IMG/VR virus record: IMGVR_UViG_3300025121_000013 | Strand: one strand, 5' to 3' | Length of the DNA: 64,000 nt | Source of the DNA: a virus | Taxonomy: Duplodnaviria; Caudoviricetes | Shown here: positions 37,189-47,997 of the stretch, piece by piece | How positions within the stretch are numbered: the first letter of the stretch is position 1 | How the letters are laid out: each line of letters starts with the position of its first letter | Notes under the pieces: model-generated | Seen by the model: only the letters and a program-made list of their open reading frames with translations | The model's database searches: none | What the model was told of the DNA's origin: nothing | Translations under genes and position numbers: made by a program

Positions 37189-37600
37189 TGGTGGAGGTGC
37201 ACGGGAGCTGCCCCCGTGGTCCGCAATGTTTTTCGCATGAAGATCCTACGCTCATAGTCTTCATAAATACTCACATAAAACAGAAGACCTTTTTATGTGA
37301 GGGAAGATATCCAAAACAACATTCGAAATCAAAAGACCTGGAACTTCCAATTCAGTCTAACGATTTCTATTCCTCTGTCGTTACGCCTCAATGAGACTCA
37401 AAGAGGAAGACAGTCTCAAAGAAACGTGCCCGTCGAGCGGACAATGCTGCGTTAAGCTATTAAGCGGCCAAAGCCACCTCATAGCCATCAGCAGCGGCAA
37501 ACGTGAAGTTCGCGGTTATTTTGTTCCGGCATTTTCGGAAGCCAGGCTCCGGAGCGCACTTCAAAGCTACTAATACACCACGTCGAATCTACGCACCCCC
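37189..37600 (-). ncRNA. ssrA: tmRNA, tag (A)ANFTFAAADGYEVALAA**
   Basis: 5' GGGGGTG..GATTCGAC and 3' CACCTCC-A-CCA with G3:U70; resume context AAATAACC-GCG; tag frame 37460-37513 ending ALAA TAA TAG. Confidence 0.92.
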
Positions 37601-37611
37601 AAAAGTATTCT

Positions 37612-38192
37612 TTAAAGATGGATTTGAGATTCTCTGAACTTATCTAAAAAGATTTTATAATTTTTAACCATGTTTTCAAAGATTTCTTCTTCCCAAGGTT
37701 CATCAGTATGAAATAAATGAATTGTACACATATTTATTTGACAAGAAATTCTAAAAGAATTTAACAAAACAATTATATTTTCTAGGCCACAAATTTTAAC
37801 TATTTCTTTTTCTGTTAAGGATATAATTTTGTTCTTTTTTAACCATGATGCTAGTTCAAAATCATTAACATCGTCACTTGTCCATTTCATGAAATATTTT
37901 AAATATGTTTTTTGTTCATTGAACATATCTCCCTTAACAGAAATACCTAAAAGATAATAATATTTTTTCTCAATCATAAGTTATTATTATCATTATTAAA
38001 TTTAGGATCTTTAATATAAAAGATCCCAGTTCCTCTTGAATTATTAAGCCATTCATCCAAACAATCATGAAGAAACACCCTATGATTTAAATTTATAGAA
38101 TTAAAATCACAACCTTTTGGCTCAATATCTGAATGAACCCAAGTTCCATCTTCTCTTTGATATTCGATCTCAGCTCGTATTTCAGGCATCAA
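37612..38192 (-). CDS. Two hypothetical ORFs (37612-37977, 37974-38192)
   Basis: Overlapping, co-oriented ORFs. Confidence 0.55.
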
Positions 38193-38200
38193 AAATCTCC

Positions 38201-38632
38201 TTAAATTTCTCTATTGGGAACTTCATCATTTCTTTCCCATGGAAAAACTATCCACATATCATTTGAAATTTCTTCGACAAAAACATCTGGCTTAATTATA
38301 GATCGATGTTTATAAAATAATGATGCGGAATATATTTTTTCAAATGCTGAGTTTTCCACAGAAGTCCATTCAATAAAAGTTTTAAGAGTTTTTCCTGTGT
38401 CAACAATATCATCGACAAAAAGTACGGTTTTTTTATCTATAGTAAAAAGATCAAATTCATCAAAAAATGGAATTTTTAAATAATGTGATAAATGAACAGC
38501 AATCGGCAGTCCGCCTCTGACCGGGCCATAAATACCATCAATATGTCTTACAGGAAGGTTTCCTATAATCAATTGTTCTAATCTGTTTAATAAAAATCCA
38601 TATCGTTCATATGTTATGATGTCTTTTTTCAT
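38201..38632 (-). CDS. Purine phosphoribosyltransferase (Gpt/Hpt-like, type I PRTase)
   Basis: RGGL, PRPP loop VLFVDDIVDTGKT and WIVFPWE. Confidence 0.88.
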   Translation of the reverse strand: MKKDIITYERYGFLLNRLEQLIIGNLPVRHIDGIYGPVRGGLPIAVHLSHYLKIPFFDEFDLFTIDKKTVLFVDDIVDTGKTLKTFIEWTSVENSAFEKIYSASLFYKHRSIIKPDVFVEEISNDMWIVFPWERNDEVPNREI

Positions 38633-38699
38633 TCTGCCTCCTTATCAAAGTTAGAACAAAAATTAAATCTTTAATCCATTTTTTGAAAGGATAAAATTC

Positions 38700-39329
38700 A
38701 TGAATGAAGAATCCACAAAAGTGACTTGTCAAATCTGCAATAAAGAATTTAATGTAATCACTCCAGCACATTTGCAAAAGAGTCATCAAATTTCAATGAA
38801 AGAATATCGAAACCAATTTCCAAATTCAAAACTTGTTTCAAAAGAAACTAGAGCCAGAACAGCATATTCTCTTTCCCAACTATTTAAGAATAATCAACAA
38901 ACAAATGAGATTAAAGATTTATCTCCTCAAGAGGAAAGAATTTTCGAAGAAATTTCAACTGATAGGGTTCCTATAATCCAGGAAATAGAAGATATCACTC
39001 CAATAAAAAAAGTAGAAAAGAAAAAAGATATCAAGGAAAATCTTCTTGACATTATTCATAGATATCTTCCTTTCGCAAAGAGAGATTTCTTGATTCGCTT
39101 TCAAGAAAAAGATGGAAGGTTAAGATACGAATATATTTCAGATATTGCTGATCCAAAAAATAAAATATTTTTTGATTTTCCTGAAATGTTTATGCATAAT
39201 AAAGACAAATATATTGATCCCTCAAGAGATGTTCAATTGAAAGATGATGGATGGATTATCATTTCAGTTTTAGGGGCATCGCCCTCAACAAAAACTTTAG
39301 AGGAAGAATTAAAAAAAATAAAATTATAA
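38700..39329 (+). CDS. C2H2-like zinc-finger protein with a DUF559/Vsr-like C-terminal domain
   Basis: VTCQIC.K.F..IT..HL...H.I...EY...FP; C-terminal DIAD......D...MH...D..RD..L...GW.II. Confidence 0.6.
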   Translation: MNEESTKVTCQICNKEFNVITPAHLQKSHQISMKEYRNQFPNSKLVSKETRARTAYSLSQLFKNNQQTNEIKDLSPQEERIFEEISTDRVPIIQEIEDITPIKKVEKKKDIKENLLDIIHRYLPFAKRDFLIRFQEKDGRLRYEYISDIADPKNKIFFDFPEMFMHNKDKYIDPSRDVQLKDDGWIIISVLGASPSTKTLEEELKKIKL

Positions 39330-39452
39330 ACCTTCTCTATCATTTATTAATATATATAGCAAAATATTGCTATACAGATTTATTTTTTAGAACAAATACT
39401 AAATCCGTAAAAAGCATTTTCTCATTAAAGAAAAATACAATGGGAGATTTTG

Positions 39453-41687
39453 ATGAGTATTTATCCCGCTCAGGCTAGGGCTGTTGATCCATATGCATCT
39501 TATGACAGCAATGTGATTAATCGTCTCACACGTTTGATCTCTAAGGGAAGAAATTGCATATTTCATTCTAACGCTGTCGACGTTGCCTTAGATACAACAA
39601 GCCCATCTGATTATGTTGTGGTTACAAATGGACAAATTATTAAAGATGATGTTCTTATAGATTTTACCGGAAACCATAGAGTTCAGATGAGTGATTCCAC
39701 ATATTACCTCCCATTGTCGTCTCCTTTTAGCGAAGCTGGAATATATTATATTGCTTTAAATTATTCATATATAAAATCTAGACCTGCGCCAAGGGCGTCT
39801 ATAAGAATTCTTCTTCCAAGTCAACGAGCAAATATTTCAGATGCCTCATACTTATTTTTAAAAGCAGTGTCAGTAAGTTTTAATGGAGTTTCCTATCAGG
39901 TTGATTCTTTTCATGATCTTGACCCAACAAACAATTCTGTAAAAAGAGAATATACCCAAGTTTGGGCTGGAACAGAAACGACCCTCCCATCTTTCGATTC
40001 AACAAATGATGAATCAAGATTGATATATGTTCAAAATGAAAAGGAATTATATTTTGGAACCTCAACTGGTTGGGAATCTTTTAATTCGATAAGAACGGCA
40101 GCAAATACGTCTTTATGTTCTGTGGGTCAAATGGTTTATATCTCCACAGATGGATTTGCAAGACCGGCAATTGCGACAAATGAATCTTATTTATGCGATG
40201 CTGGAGTTTTGTCTGTTGGAACGGTTTTAGCCGGAACAGGAAAAGTTCGTTTATATGGTTTTGTACAAAGCGTTCCCATAGAATCGGGAAGATCAATTCA
40301 TTACGGAGAAAATGTTTATTTATCTGAAACTGAAGCTGGGTCAATCACTGATTTGGCTCCATCAGATTTTCAACAATTTTTAGGAATCTCAGTAACCGCA
40401 GGCTCCAGTACAACAGTTTGTGATATTTGGTTTATGCCAGCGAGATCATCAATCCCTGGGCCAATTTCTAGATTTGATAGATATCAAGATCTTTTATTAG
40501 CGTCAGTCTTTAAAAGATTGACCGTTGATGATTTTAGCAATTTGGAATACACAGATATGATTTTAACCACTTCGACTTTAAATACAGATAATTATAGAAT
40601 GGAAGGAACTTCAGGAGAACAATTTGTTTCTAAAAATTTAACAGAATCCGGATATGATGGAACATTTATCACATCTGCGCAAATCACTTCAGATAGCACA
40701 GGGGATATAGATTGGTTTATTACAAATGATGGAACGACTTGGGAAAATGCAACTTTAAATTCAATTCATATGTTTGCAACATATTCCCAAACAATATCAT
40801 TGGTCTCAGGAACTTTTATTCCTAATGAACAAGTTTTATATGGAACTTCTGGAAACTCAGCAATAATTGCTGGGACAGATGGAACATCGACTTTATTAAT
40901 TTCAAATGTTTTAGACACAACGGCATTTGAAATCTTTGAGACTATTACCGGTCAAACAAGTGGAGCGATTGCAACCCTTCTTACAAGTGTACAAAAAAAT
41001 AGCGGGTTTGATTTAAGAATCAAAGCGGTTTTTAATGAAACAGGAAATATAAATGATTATGGGGTTATTTACGATCCCGACTTATCTTTGTTTTCAGTCT
41101 TAACGGGAATGGGTTCTGAAGAGGAAGAAGATTTTATAAGAAAGTTCGTTGGTAAATCTGGCGCTGGGTCAGAAATGCCAACATATTCTTCAACAAATTA
41201 TATCTCCCAAAGTTCTTCTTTAGAAACTGCAATTGGAGTTTTAGATAACGAAATGCCCATTGAGCCAGCCTATATAAGAACGTTTATTGGCAAGACCGGC
41301 GCTGGCTCTGAAACTCCGACTTATAGTTCTCATAATATTTTAGTAAATGGGCAGAGTCTTGAAACCTCTTTATCATTATTGGATTTATATCATGGATATG
41401 TTCCATTTCTTGAAAATAATACAACGGGAACGGTTGCAGCTTATAATTTAGTTAATGGAAAAAAAGTTGGATTAATTTCAATGAACGGAACTGACCTCAC
41501 GACTATAACCGGTGGAGATTCTGGACAAATTATAATTTGTTTATTTTTAGCTTCTTGCTCAATTATATCTGGCGCAACAATTCTTCTTCAGGGTGGAATC
41601 GATTTTGATGGTGAAGCTGGGGATACGTTAACAATTTGTTTAACAGCTTTAGGATGGCTCGAAATTGGAAGAAGTGTAAATTCTTAA
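39453..41687 (+). CDS. Virion structural or tail-associated protein
   Basis: S/T/G-rich beta-type sequence; internal ~38-aa duplication; heads the tail cluster. Confidence 0.6.
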   Translation: MSIYPAQARAVDPYASYDSNVINRLTRLISKGRNCIFHSNAVDVALDTTSPSDYVVVTNGQIIKDDVLIDFTGNHRVQMSDSTYYLPLSSPFSEAGIYYIALNYSYIKSRPAPRASIRILLPSQRANISDASYLFLKAVSVSFNGVSYQVDSFHDLDPTNNSVKREYTQVWAGTETTLPSFDSTNDESRLIYVQNEKELYFGTSTGWESFNSIRTAANTSLCSVGQMVYISTDGFARPAIATNESYLCDAGVLSVGTVLAGTGKVRLYGFVQSVPIESGRSIHYGENVYLSETEAGSITDLAPSDFQQFLGISVTAGSSTTVCDIWFMPARSSIPGPISRFDRYQDLLLASVFKRLTVDDFSNLEYTDMILTTSTLNTDNYRMEGTSGEQFVSKNLTESGYDGTFITSAQITSDSTGDIDWFITNDGTTWENATLNSIHMFATYSQTISLVSGTFIPNEQVLYGTSGNSAIIAGTDGTSTLLISNVLDTTAFEIFETITGQTSGAIATLLTSVQKNSGFDLRIKAVFNETGNINDYGVIYDPDLSLFSVLTGMGSEEEEDFIRKFVGKSGAGSEMPTYSSTNYISQSSSLETAIGVLDNEMPIEPAYIRTFIGKTGAGSETPTYSSHNILVNGQSLETSLSLLDLYHGYVPFLENNTTGTVAAYNLVNGKKVGLISMNGTDLTTITGGDSGQIIICLFLASCSIISGATILLQGGIDFDGEAGDTLTICLTALGWLEIGRSVNS

Positions 41688-41699
41688 GGAGTTTTATAA

Positions 41700-42452
41700 A
41701 TGCCTGATTTAAAAGAAGTTAACACAAGACAATATAGAAAAATTTCAACGGGGGCGGATTATAATCGTCCGGTTGGAGTTTTGAAAGATGAGATACTTAT
41801 TGTAGACACTACAGAATCAGGTTATATAGAAATACAAACAGGCTTTTATTATAATATGGGAATCAACGAATTAGAAGTTTATTTAAATGGGATTTTATTA
41901 AGATCAATTCAAACCATCGATGGAATTGATTATGGAGAATATTCTGAATATTCTAATTATTCAGTTTTATTTGAGCCGTTGATTATAACAACTGGAGATA
42001 TTTTAAGATTTAGAGTCACTTCTGCAAATTATAGAAATAATGGGTCTGGACTCATCAGCATTTCAAATATTATTGATTCTTTACAAACCCAACAAAATAA
42101 TATTTTGCGTTTAGCAAGAGAAATTTTTGGATCGAATTATTCTTTTATTGGAGGCGGAGCCACACCCCTTGCTAGAGCCATTGGGGTTATAACCGTTGGA
42201 GATGCGACTCCAGATTTATCTGATAGACATGCTTGGTTTGTTCCTGCATTGGGAGTCACAGTTACAAATTTTGATGGGTGTTTAGAAGGAGATATAAGAT
42301 ATCTCATTTTTCAAGGAAATAACACAATTCAAAATAATGCAAATATTAAGTTAAATAATGCAACAAACTTTTCTGCCGTAAATTTAGATACTTTAACAAT
42401 TATTTTTGATGGAACAATTTGGTATGAATTAGCCAGAAGTGTGAATACTTAA
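41700..42452 (+). CDS. Virion structural protein sharing a C-terminal module with the upstream gene
   Basis: Both end F....DTLT.....W.E..RSVN. Confidence 0.6.
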   Translation: MPDLKEVNTRQYRKISTGADYNRPVGVLKDEILIVDTTESGYIEIQTGFYYNMGINELEVYLNGILLRSIQTIDGIDYGEYSEYSNYSVLFEPLIITTGDILRFRVTSANYRNNGSGLISISNIIDSLQTQQNNILRLAREIFGSNYSFIGGGATPLARAIGVITVGDATPDLSDRHAWFVPALGVTVTNFDGCLEGDIRYLIFQGNNTIQNNANIKLNNATNFSAVNLDTLTIIFDGTIWYELARSVNT

Positions 42453-42496
42453 AAAATATTTTAAATATTTTTTTGAATAAAATGGAGGAATAAAAC

Positions 42497-43147
42497 GTGG
42501 GAAGAAGAGGATTTATAGGGCCTGAAATTGTTGCGACCGAAGCTCTAATTTTAAAAGAAGCTTCGCAGCCAGCCCAAGAAATTGGATTTGGAAAATTATA
42601 TGTCGATACGACAAATAATGATTTATATTATTTACATCCAGTAGATGGTTTATATAATTTGCTTAAATCTTTAGTTCCTATCGGAACAGTGATCGCAGTG
42701 TCTTCTGAAATTATTCCTGACCCAAATACATATTTGGAGTGCAACGGCGCTCTCATTTCAAAAACTGATTTTCCAGAATTATATGCTTATTATTTATTAG
42801 CTGGTGGCGGGGTCACGGCTCTTTATGGAGAAACTGCAACAGATTTTTATTTGCCAGATTATCAAGGGAGATTTTTGAGAGGCTGGGATAATTCAGCTGG
42901 GAGAGATCCAGATGCCGCTTCAAGAACTATGGATCACGGGGCTTTAATTGGAGATTATGTTGGAACAATACAAAGTGATAATGTCGGTGCTCATGATCAT
43001 GATTATTATAGAAGGGTTGACGGTTCTGCAGATAGCGGTGGAAAAGGGCTAGATAACGGTTTGACTACAACGGCTACCGTTAATAATCCAACAGGAGAAA
43101 CTCGTCCATTGAATATCAATGTCATGTATTGTGTAAAGTTTATTTAA
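42497..43147 (+). CDS. Tail fibre protein with a phage tail-collar domain
   Basis: PIGTVI.......YLECNG..IS...FPELY....F.LPD.QGRFLRGWD...RDPD and ETRP.NI.V.Y..K. Confidence 0.85.
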   Translation: MGRRGFIGPEIVATEALILKEASQPAQEIGFGKLYVDTTNNDLYYLHPVDGLYNLLKSLVPIGTVIAVSSEIIPDPNTYLECNGALISKTDFPELYAYYLLAGGGVTALYGETATDFYLPDYQGRFLRGWDNSAGRDPDAASRTMDHGALIGDYVGTIQSDNVGAHDHDYYRRVDGSADSGGKGLDNGLTTTATVNNPTGETRPLNINVMYCVKFI

Positions 43148-43167
43148 AAATATAAAGGGAGATTTAA

Positions 43168-43725
43168 ATGAAAGTTTATTCCTTTGATAGAAATACAAGA
43201 GAATATATCTATGAAAGAGAGGCTAGAGAAAATCCGAGGTCTCCTGGGGATTTTATTATTCCTGCAAATTCAACCACAATAAAGCCTCCAGAACCAGAAC
43301 AAAATAAAAAAGCAATTTTTTCTGGGGAAGGTTGGGAATTAATTCCTGATTATAGGGATCAAATATTTTTTAGTAAAGAGAATGGAACAAAATGTATAAT
43401 TAAAGAACTTGGGTTTGAACCACCAAAAAATTATATTTCTGAAGAACCTCCAAAACATTTTCATAAGCCAAAATATAAATATAATAAATGGACTGAAACT
43501 TCTTTAATTTTTGAAAATGTTTCTGTTGAGACAAAAGAAGATGTTTTAAAAATTATTTATAATAAAATATCTAATTTAGGAGAACAAAGAGCTCAAACCG
43601 AAAAACTTATTTCCATAGAAAAGAACGAACCATGCCCTTTATGGGATGAATTTATTTTAAGAAGAAATGAATTATTAGAGTTGGCCAATAATTTTATTAA
43701 AGATAATGGATTGGATAAGGATTAA
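43168..43725 (+). CDS. Tail fibre assembly protein (Tfa-like)
   Basis: VYSFD..T.EY.......P....F.IPANST...PP......W..IPDYR; directly follows the collar gene. Confidence 0.75.
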   Translation: MKVYSFDRNTREYIYEREARENPRSPGDFIIPANSTTIKPPEPEQNKKAIFSGEGWELIPDYRDQIFFSKENGTKCIIKELGFEPPKNYISEEPPKHFHKPKYKYNKWTETSLIFENVSVETKEDVLKIIYNKISNLGEQRAQTEKLISIEKNEPCPLWDEFILRRNELLELANNFIKDNGLDKD

Positions 43726-43729
43726 AATA

Positions 43730-44287
43730 ATGTATAGTATAAAACCTTCCAATGAATTTTTAGATGAATTAAGAAAGTTAAAAGAGAAAGAAGAATCTTT
43801 AAATATTCAACATACTTTAAAAGCAAAAATTATTCATTTAGAAGAGGAAATTATTATTTTAAAAGAAATATTAAAATTGGGAAAGGTAAATATTAGATAT
43901 AATCCAAGAGCCAAATTGTTCTTTAATTATTTAAACGGAACTATAATGGAGGAAAGCAATGAACCAACAACCCAAGAGTGCTAAAAGCATATGGAGAAAA
44001 ACTTAAAAATGTTACAGATAGAACTTCTTTGTAAAAGACTTTTAGAACAATTACAAAATAAAAGTAAAGGAACTAATTTAATCGAGTCAGTTAACGTAAT
44101 TTGTGAATATCTTGAAAACAAAGAAGATCCTGAGACTTATGAGATCGAGCTAATAAGCGATATGTATCAATTACAAGAAAGACTTAGAATTATTGAATCT
44201 GAATTAAATATGATTTTAAAGAAATCATTAAAGAGAAATTTACTTGGTGAAAAAATAAACGAACTACATAATAAAATAGATTTTTGA
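43730..44287 (+). CDS. Two small coiled-coil ORFs (43730-43984, 43991-44287)
   Basis: Co-oriented ORFs; AAGGA upstream of the first. Confidence 0.55.
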
Positions 44288-44354
44288 ACAGAGATTTAAT
44301 TTATCGAAAAAATAAATATTTTAATAGCTCTTTCTACGGAGGAATAAAAATCTT

Positions 44355-44774
44355 ATGGCTGAAGGCAAGCAATTAAGTCGAGACGATCTTTATTTATTAA
44401 TGTCATCTTATGAAAACTGGATTAAGTCGTATTCAGTGCTTTCAGAACAACAGAAAAGAAATATTGAAAAATCAGATGAAATATATGATTTGATTGAAGA
44501 TATTAAAACGAAAATTGCAGATTTAAAAGATAATGGAAATAAGTCTGAAGATGAATTATGTGATAAAATTTCTGAGTTAGATAAAAGATTGAATGAAAAG
44601 ATTGGCTCTTCAAATGTCGAAGCTATAAAAAATTATAATAGTTTAAAGATAATGTTATGGGGCGCATTCTTTGGAATGGTTGGCATTATAGGAAGTCTTA
44701 TAAAACTGTATTTTGATTTTAAATCTAATTTTGATATTTTAAAAGAATTGATAAAAAGTTTGGGGTTACCTTAA
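44355..44774 (+). CDS. Coiled-coil protein with a C-terminal TM helix
   Basis: GGAGG RBS; IMLWGAFFGMVGIIGSLIKLYF. Confidence 0.65.
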   Translation: MAEGKQLSRDDLYLLMSSYENWIKSYSVLSEQQKRNIEKSDEIYDLIEDIKTKIADLKDNGNKSEDELCDKISELDKRLNEKIGSSNVEAIKNYNSLKIMLWGAFFGMVGIIGSLIKLYFDFKSNFDILKELIKSLGLP

Positions 44775-44794
44775 TAATTTTTTCGGAGGTTGAA

Positions 44795-46090
44795 TTGATG
44801 GTTATGGACGAAAAATCTATTATATATGTCATAGATGATGATATAGCCTCAAATTCTGTTATAAGCGATTGGATAGAAAAATTTTTTCCCAATTGCATTG
44901 TTAAATCTTTTTGTAGTTTTGAAGATGCAAATAAAGATGATTATATTGAATTGGTTGATGTTTTTATAATCGATGTAATGTTAAAAACTTTACCTTACAA
45001 TGGGATGGAACTTTGTAGAAAAATTCATGAAAATAGAAATAAAAGTGCATCGTATCTCTTCATATCTGGTTACGAAGATGGGAGAGATATGGTTGATAAA
45101 GTTTTAGACAATTCAGATTGTTTATTTGATTTTATTTCAAAACCTTTTTTACTTGAGCCCTTTATCAATAGATTAAAACTTTTAATTAAAACATCTCATT
45201 TAACTAGGCAAAATGAAAATAAATACAATTTGAGTGAAGGAAAATTTAAATATTTATATGAGGCTTCAGATGAGGGGATCATTATACATCACAATAATAA
45301 AATAGTTCATGCTAATATTTCGTTTTGTAATTTGTTTAAAATAGATTGTGATAAGATTTTTAAGGGAAGATATAAGGTCACTGATTTTATTACTAAAAGT
45401 GATCATGTTGTATTTTTTGATAAATTAAAAAATAATGAAAAATCAATTTATAAAATCAATGCATTGAAAAATGACAATACAGAATTTTTAGCAGAGTTTT
45501 CAACTGGTTATATGTTAAATAATATTGAAAAATGTGATGAAGAAAATGTTTTGGTCACAACAATTAGAGACTTAAGTGAAGTTAAAAAAGCTAAGGAAAC
45601 CATTTCTTTTATTTGGAGTATATTTAATTATTCTAAATTTTTTGTTTTAGTTTTATCCAATGATTTTAAGGTAAAATTATGCAATTGGTATTTGGCATCT
45701 AGATTAGGATATGATGATGAAACAAAAATTATAGGGTCAGATTGGAGAAGATTTGTCCCTCAAAATTATATTCCAATTTTAGGAAATTTAAGGGATATTA
45801 TTTTAAAAAATAGCGATAATAATTATCAAGAATTTGTGAATGATATTATTACTTTAGATAATAAGGTCATAACCGTTAGATGGTTTAACGGCATGATTCA
45901 AACAAATGGAAAAGGAATATTCTCGATAGGCGTTCCTATTGAGCAAACAAATGCAATTTTAGATTCTGAAGAGTCGATTCGGTCTTATTGGAAAAATATG
46001 ATTTTAAAAGATGGACAAGCCTTAGACATAATGAAAGAGGTTATAAAGGGTCAGCCAAAACAAAATCCAAATTCGTTTCTCGATATATAG
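44795..46090 (+). CDS. Response-regulator receiver plus two PAS domains, no output domain
   Basis: VIDDD, IIDVML, ISG and SKPF; PAS1 LYEAS.EGI.I...I..AN..F; PAS2 VLVL...V...N...LGY...IG..W. Confidence 0.85.
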   Translation: MMVMDEKSIIYVIDDDIASNSVISDWIEKFFPNCIVKSFCSFEDANKDDYIELVDVFIIDVMLKTLPYNGMELCRKIHENRNKSASYLFISGYEDGRDMVDKVLDNSDCLFDFISKPFLLEPFINRLKLLIKTSHLTRQNENKYNLSEGKFKYLYEASDEGIIIHHNNKIVHANISFCNLFKIDCDKIFKGRYKVTDFITKSDHVVFFDKLKNNEKSIYKINALKNDNTEFLAEFSTGYMLNNIEKCDEENVLVTTIRDLSEVKKAKETISFIWSIFNYSKFFVLVLSNDFKVKLCNWYLASRLGYDDETKIIGSDWRRFVPQNYIPILGNLRDIILKNSDNNYQEFVNDIITLDNKVITVRWFNGMIQTNGKGIFSIGVPIEQTNAILDSEESIRSYWKNMILKDGQALDIMKEVIKGQPKQNPNSFLDI

Positions 46091-46101
46091 AGAGGGTTTT
46101 T

Positions 46102-46485
46102 ATGCTAACTGACAATTATAAGACACCTTCAAAAAGTGTTTCAACCACAACAATTGAGAATAGTGTCGTGTTTACAAATAATAATTTACAAGGACAATTT
46201 TATTTTGTTGATGCGACTGGAGAAATAACCGTGACGCTTGAGGATGTTGTGGATTGTATAGATGGAGCCAGTGCCACTTTTAGAACGTTAAACGCTCAAG
46301 TTTTAAATATAAGACCCGATGCGACAGATAGAATTATAAATTCTGATGGAACAGTTTTGGCCGTAGGAAATAAATTGACTTCTTCAGGCGCAGCAGGAGA
46401 TCAGGTTACAATTTTAAAAGATAGTTTAAGTGGATGGTCTGTGGTTGGACGAGGTGAACAGGCATGGACAGATGGCGGGGCCTAA
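46102..46485 (+). CDS. Small beta-rich virion-type protein; start reassigned to 46102
   Basis: AGAGGG RBS; GDQVTI.....W.V..RG...W motif. Confidence 0.55.
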   Translation: MLTDNYKTPSKSVSTTTIENSVVFTNNNLQGQFYFVDATGEITVTLEDVVDCIDGASATFRTLNAQVLNIRPDATDRIINSDGTVLAVGNKLTSSGAAGDQVTILKDSLSGWSVVGRGEQAWTDGGA

Positions 46486-46593
46486 AAAATTTGGCTCATT
46501 TTATATCTGAAAACATAACTTTATCTATAAAAATTATATTTGGTAAAGAACCGTTTTTAAAATCAATGAAGAGAAATTTGGAGAAAAGACATC

Positions 46594-47235
46594 ATGGCTA
46601 ATTTCGAAATCTCATATAATAAAACTTTAAATTTTGAGGGTGGATATGCAAATCATCCAAATGATATGGGTGGGGAAACTTATAAAGGTGTAGCACGAAA
46701 AAAGAATCCAAATTGGGAAGGGTGGCCTATCATTGATCAGATGAGGAATAAACCAGGCTTTCCTTCAAATTTAGATTCTATTTCTGAATTACAAAAATAT
46801 ATAAGAAATTTCTATAAAGCTGAGTTTTGGGATAAGTTTTGGGGAGACAAACAATCAAGTCAAAATATAGCGAATGAATTATTTGATACGTCTATTCTTT
46901 GCGGTCCGGGAACAGCTATAGGGTTTCTTCAAGTTGCTTTAAATGTTTTGAATAAAGGTGGAAAATTATATCCGGAAATAAGTGAAGATGGTAATTATGG
47001 CATGAATACAAATAATTCTATTATAGCTTATTTAAAGAAAGATGATGAAAATCTTTTGTTAAAGATTTTAAATGTTTTATTGGGATATCATTTTATAAAA
47101 TTATCGAGAAATAAAGAAACCCAAGAAGACTTTATTAGAGGGTGGTTTAAAAGAGTTGAATTACCATTAAATGATGATAATGAATTTAGATCACAGGTTC
47201 AAAATGCTTTGACATTTAAACCATTGAGGTTCTAA
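46594..47235 (+). CDS. Endolysin, glycoside hydrolase family 108 with a peptidoglycan-binding domain
   Basis: EGGY.NHPND.GGET..G, FDT...G...A..LQ.ALN, DG..G..T and F..GW..R. Confidence 0.9.
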   Translation: MANFEISYNKTLNFEGGYANHPNDMGGETYKGVARKKNPNWEGWPIIDQMRNKPGFPSNLDSISELQKYIRNFYKAEFWDKFWGDKQSSQNIANELFDTSILCGPGTAIGFLQVALNVLNKGGKLYPEISEDGNYGMNTNNSIIAYLKKDDENLLLKILNVLLGYHFIKLSRNKETQEDFIRGWFKRVELPLNDDNEFRSQVQNALTFKPLRF

Positions 47236-47239
47236 AGCC

Positions 47240-47602
47240 ATGAAAGACGAAACTTTAAAAAAATCAGTAAAAATAAGATTTTTAGAGAATATTATGTCAG
47301 TTAAAGTTTGGATGTATTTGATCTCACTTTTCGTTTTAGGATTTTTTGGGGCATGGATAATTTACAATGATTTTGAATTGGTTTTTAGAGTTTTAAAATC
47401 TGATTTACAACCTGATTCATATGTATATATAGTTGAAATGTCAAGGGTTATAAAGGATACATTTTTAGGTTTATGTATGTCAATAACGAGCTTAGTGGGA
47501 ACTATTGTGGTTGTTAGAGAAACCTTTAAGGTTGGAAAACTAAGAGCCTTGAATAATGAGAAAACTGATAATTCAGAAACCATAAAAAGAATGGATATAT
47601 AA
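47240..47602 (+). CDS. Holin candidate (2 TM helices)
   Basis: Two hydrophobic helices; directly follows the endolysin. Confidence 0.5.
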   Translation: MKDETLKKSVKIRFLENIMSVKVWMYLISLFVLGFFGAWIIYNDFELVFRVLKSDLQPDSYVYIVEMSRVIKDTFLGLCMSITSLVGTIVVVRETFKVGKLRALNNEKTDNSETIKRMDI

Positions 47603-47604
47603 AA

Positions 47605-47997
47605 ATGGATCCAAATTCAATTTTAACCTATGGAAAAGACACTTTAGATTATGTCGATGTTTTAAAATATGGTTTGGGTGGAATAGGCGTCTTTGGAATT
47701 TTAATGTTAATTTTTTCTAAAGGATTAGGCTTTCTATCTAAACGAAATATTCAAAATCATGAAAATACAGTTCAGAATGCGATTCCCTTAATTAACAATG
47801 TTACACAAAAACAAACAGAGGTTTTACAAAAAATTGATGCTTTAGAAAATGTCGAAAAAGATAAAAAAGAAGAAATTAAAAAAATAATCGAAGATACAAA
47901 TCAAGAAGTAAATGAAGCTTTGAATAGTTCTTCATTGAATATGACAAATAATTCTGTGAGGTCTAAATGGGAAGAATTACAAAAGCGGCATCGATAA
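47605..47997 (+). CDS. i-spanin-like protein
   Basis: One N-terminal TM helix followed by a coiled coil. Confidence 0.55.
   Translation: MDPNSILTYGKDTLDYVDVLKYGLGGIGVFGILMLIFSKGLGFLSKRNIQNHENTVQNAIPLINNVTQKQTEVLQKIDALENVEKDKKEEIKKIIEDTNQEVNEALNSSSLNMTNNSVRSKWEELQKRHR

Noticed and set aside
36889-37573. Plus-strand ORFs 36889-37149, 37188-37394 and 37391-37573
   Set aside because: Antisense to tmRNA and the tRNA-like elements; open only because these RNAs are GC-richer.
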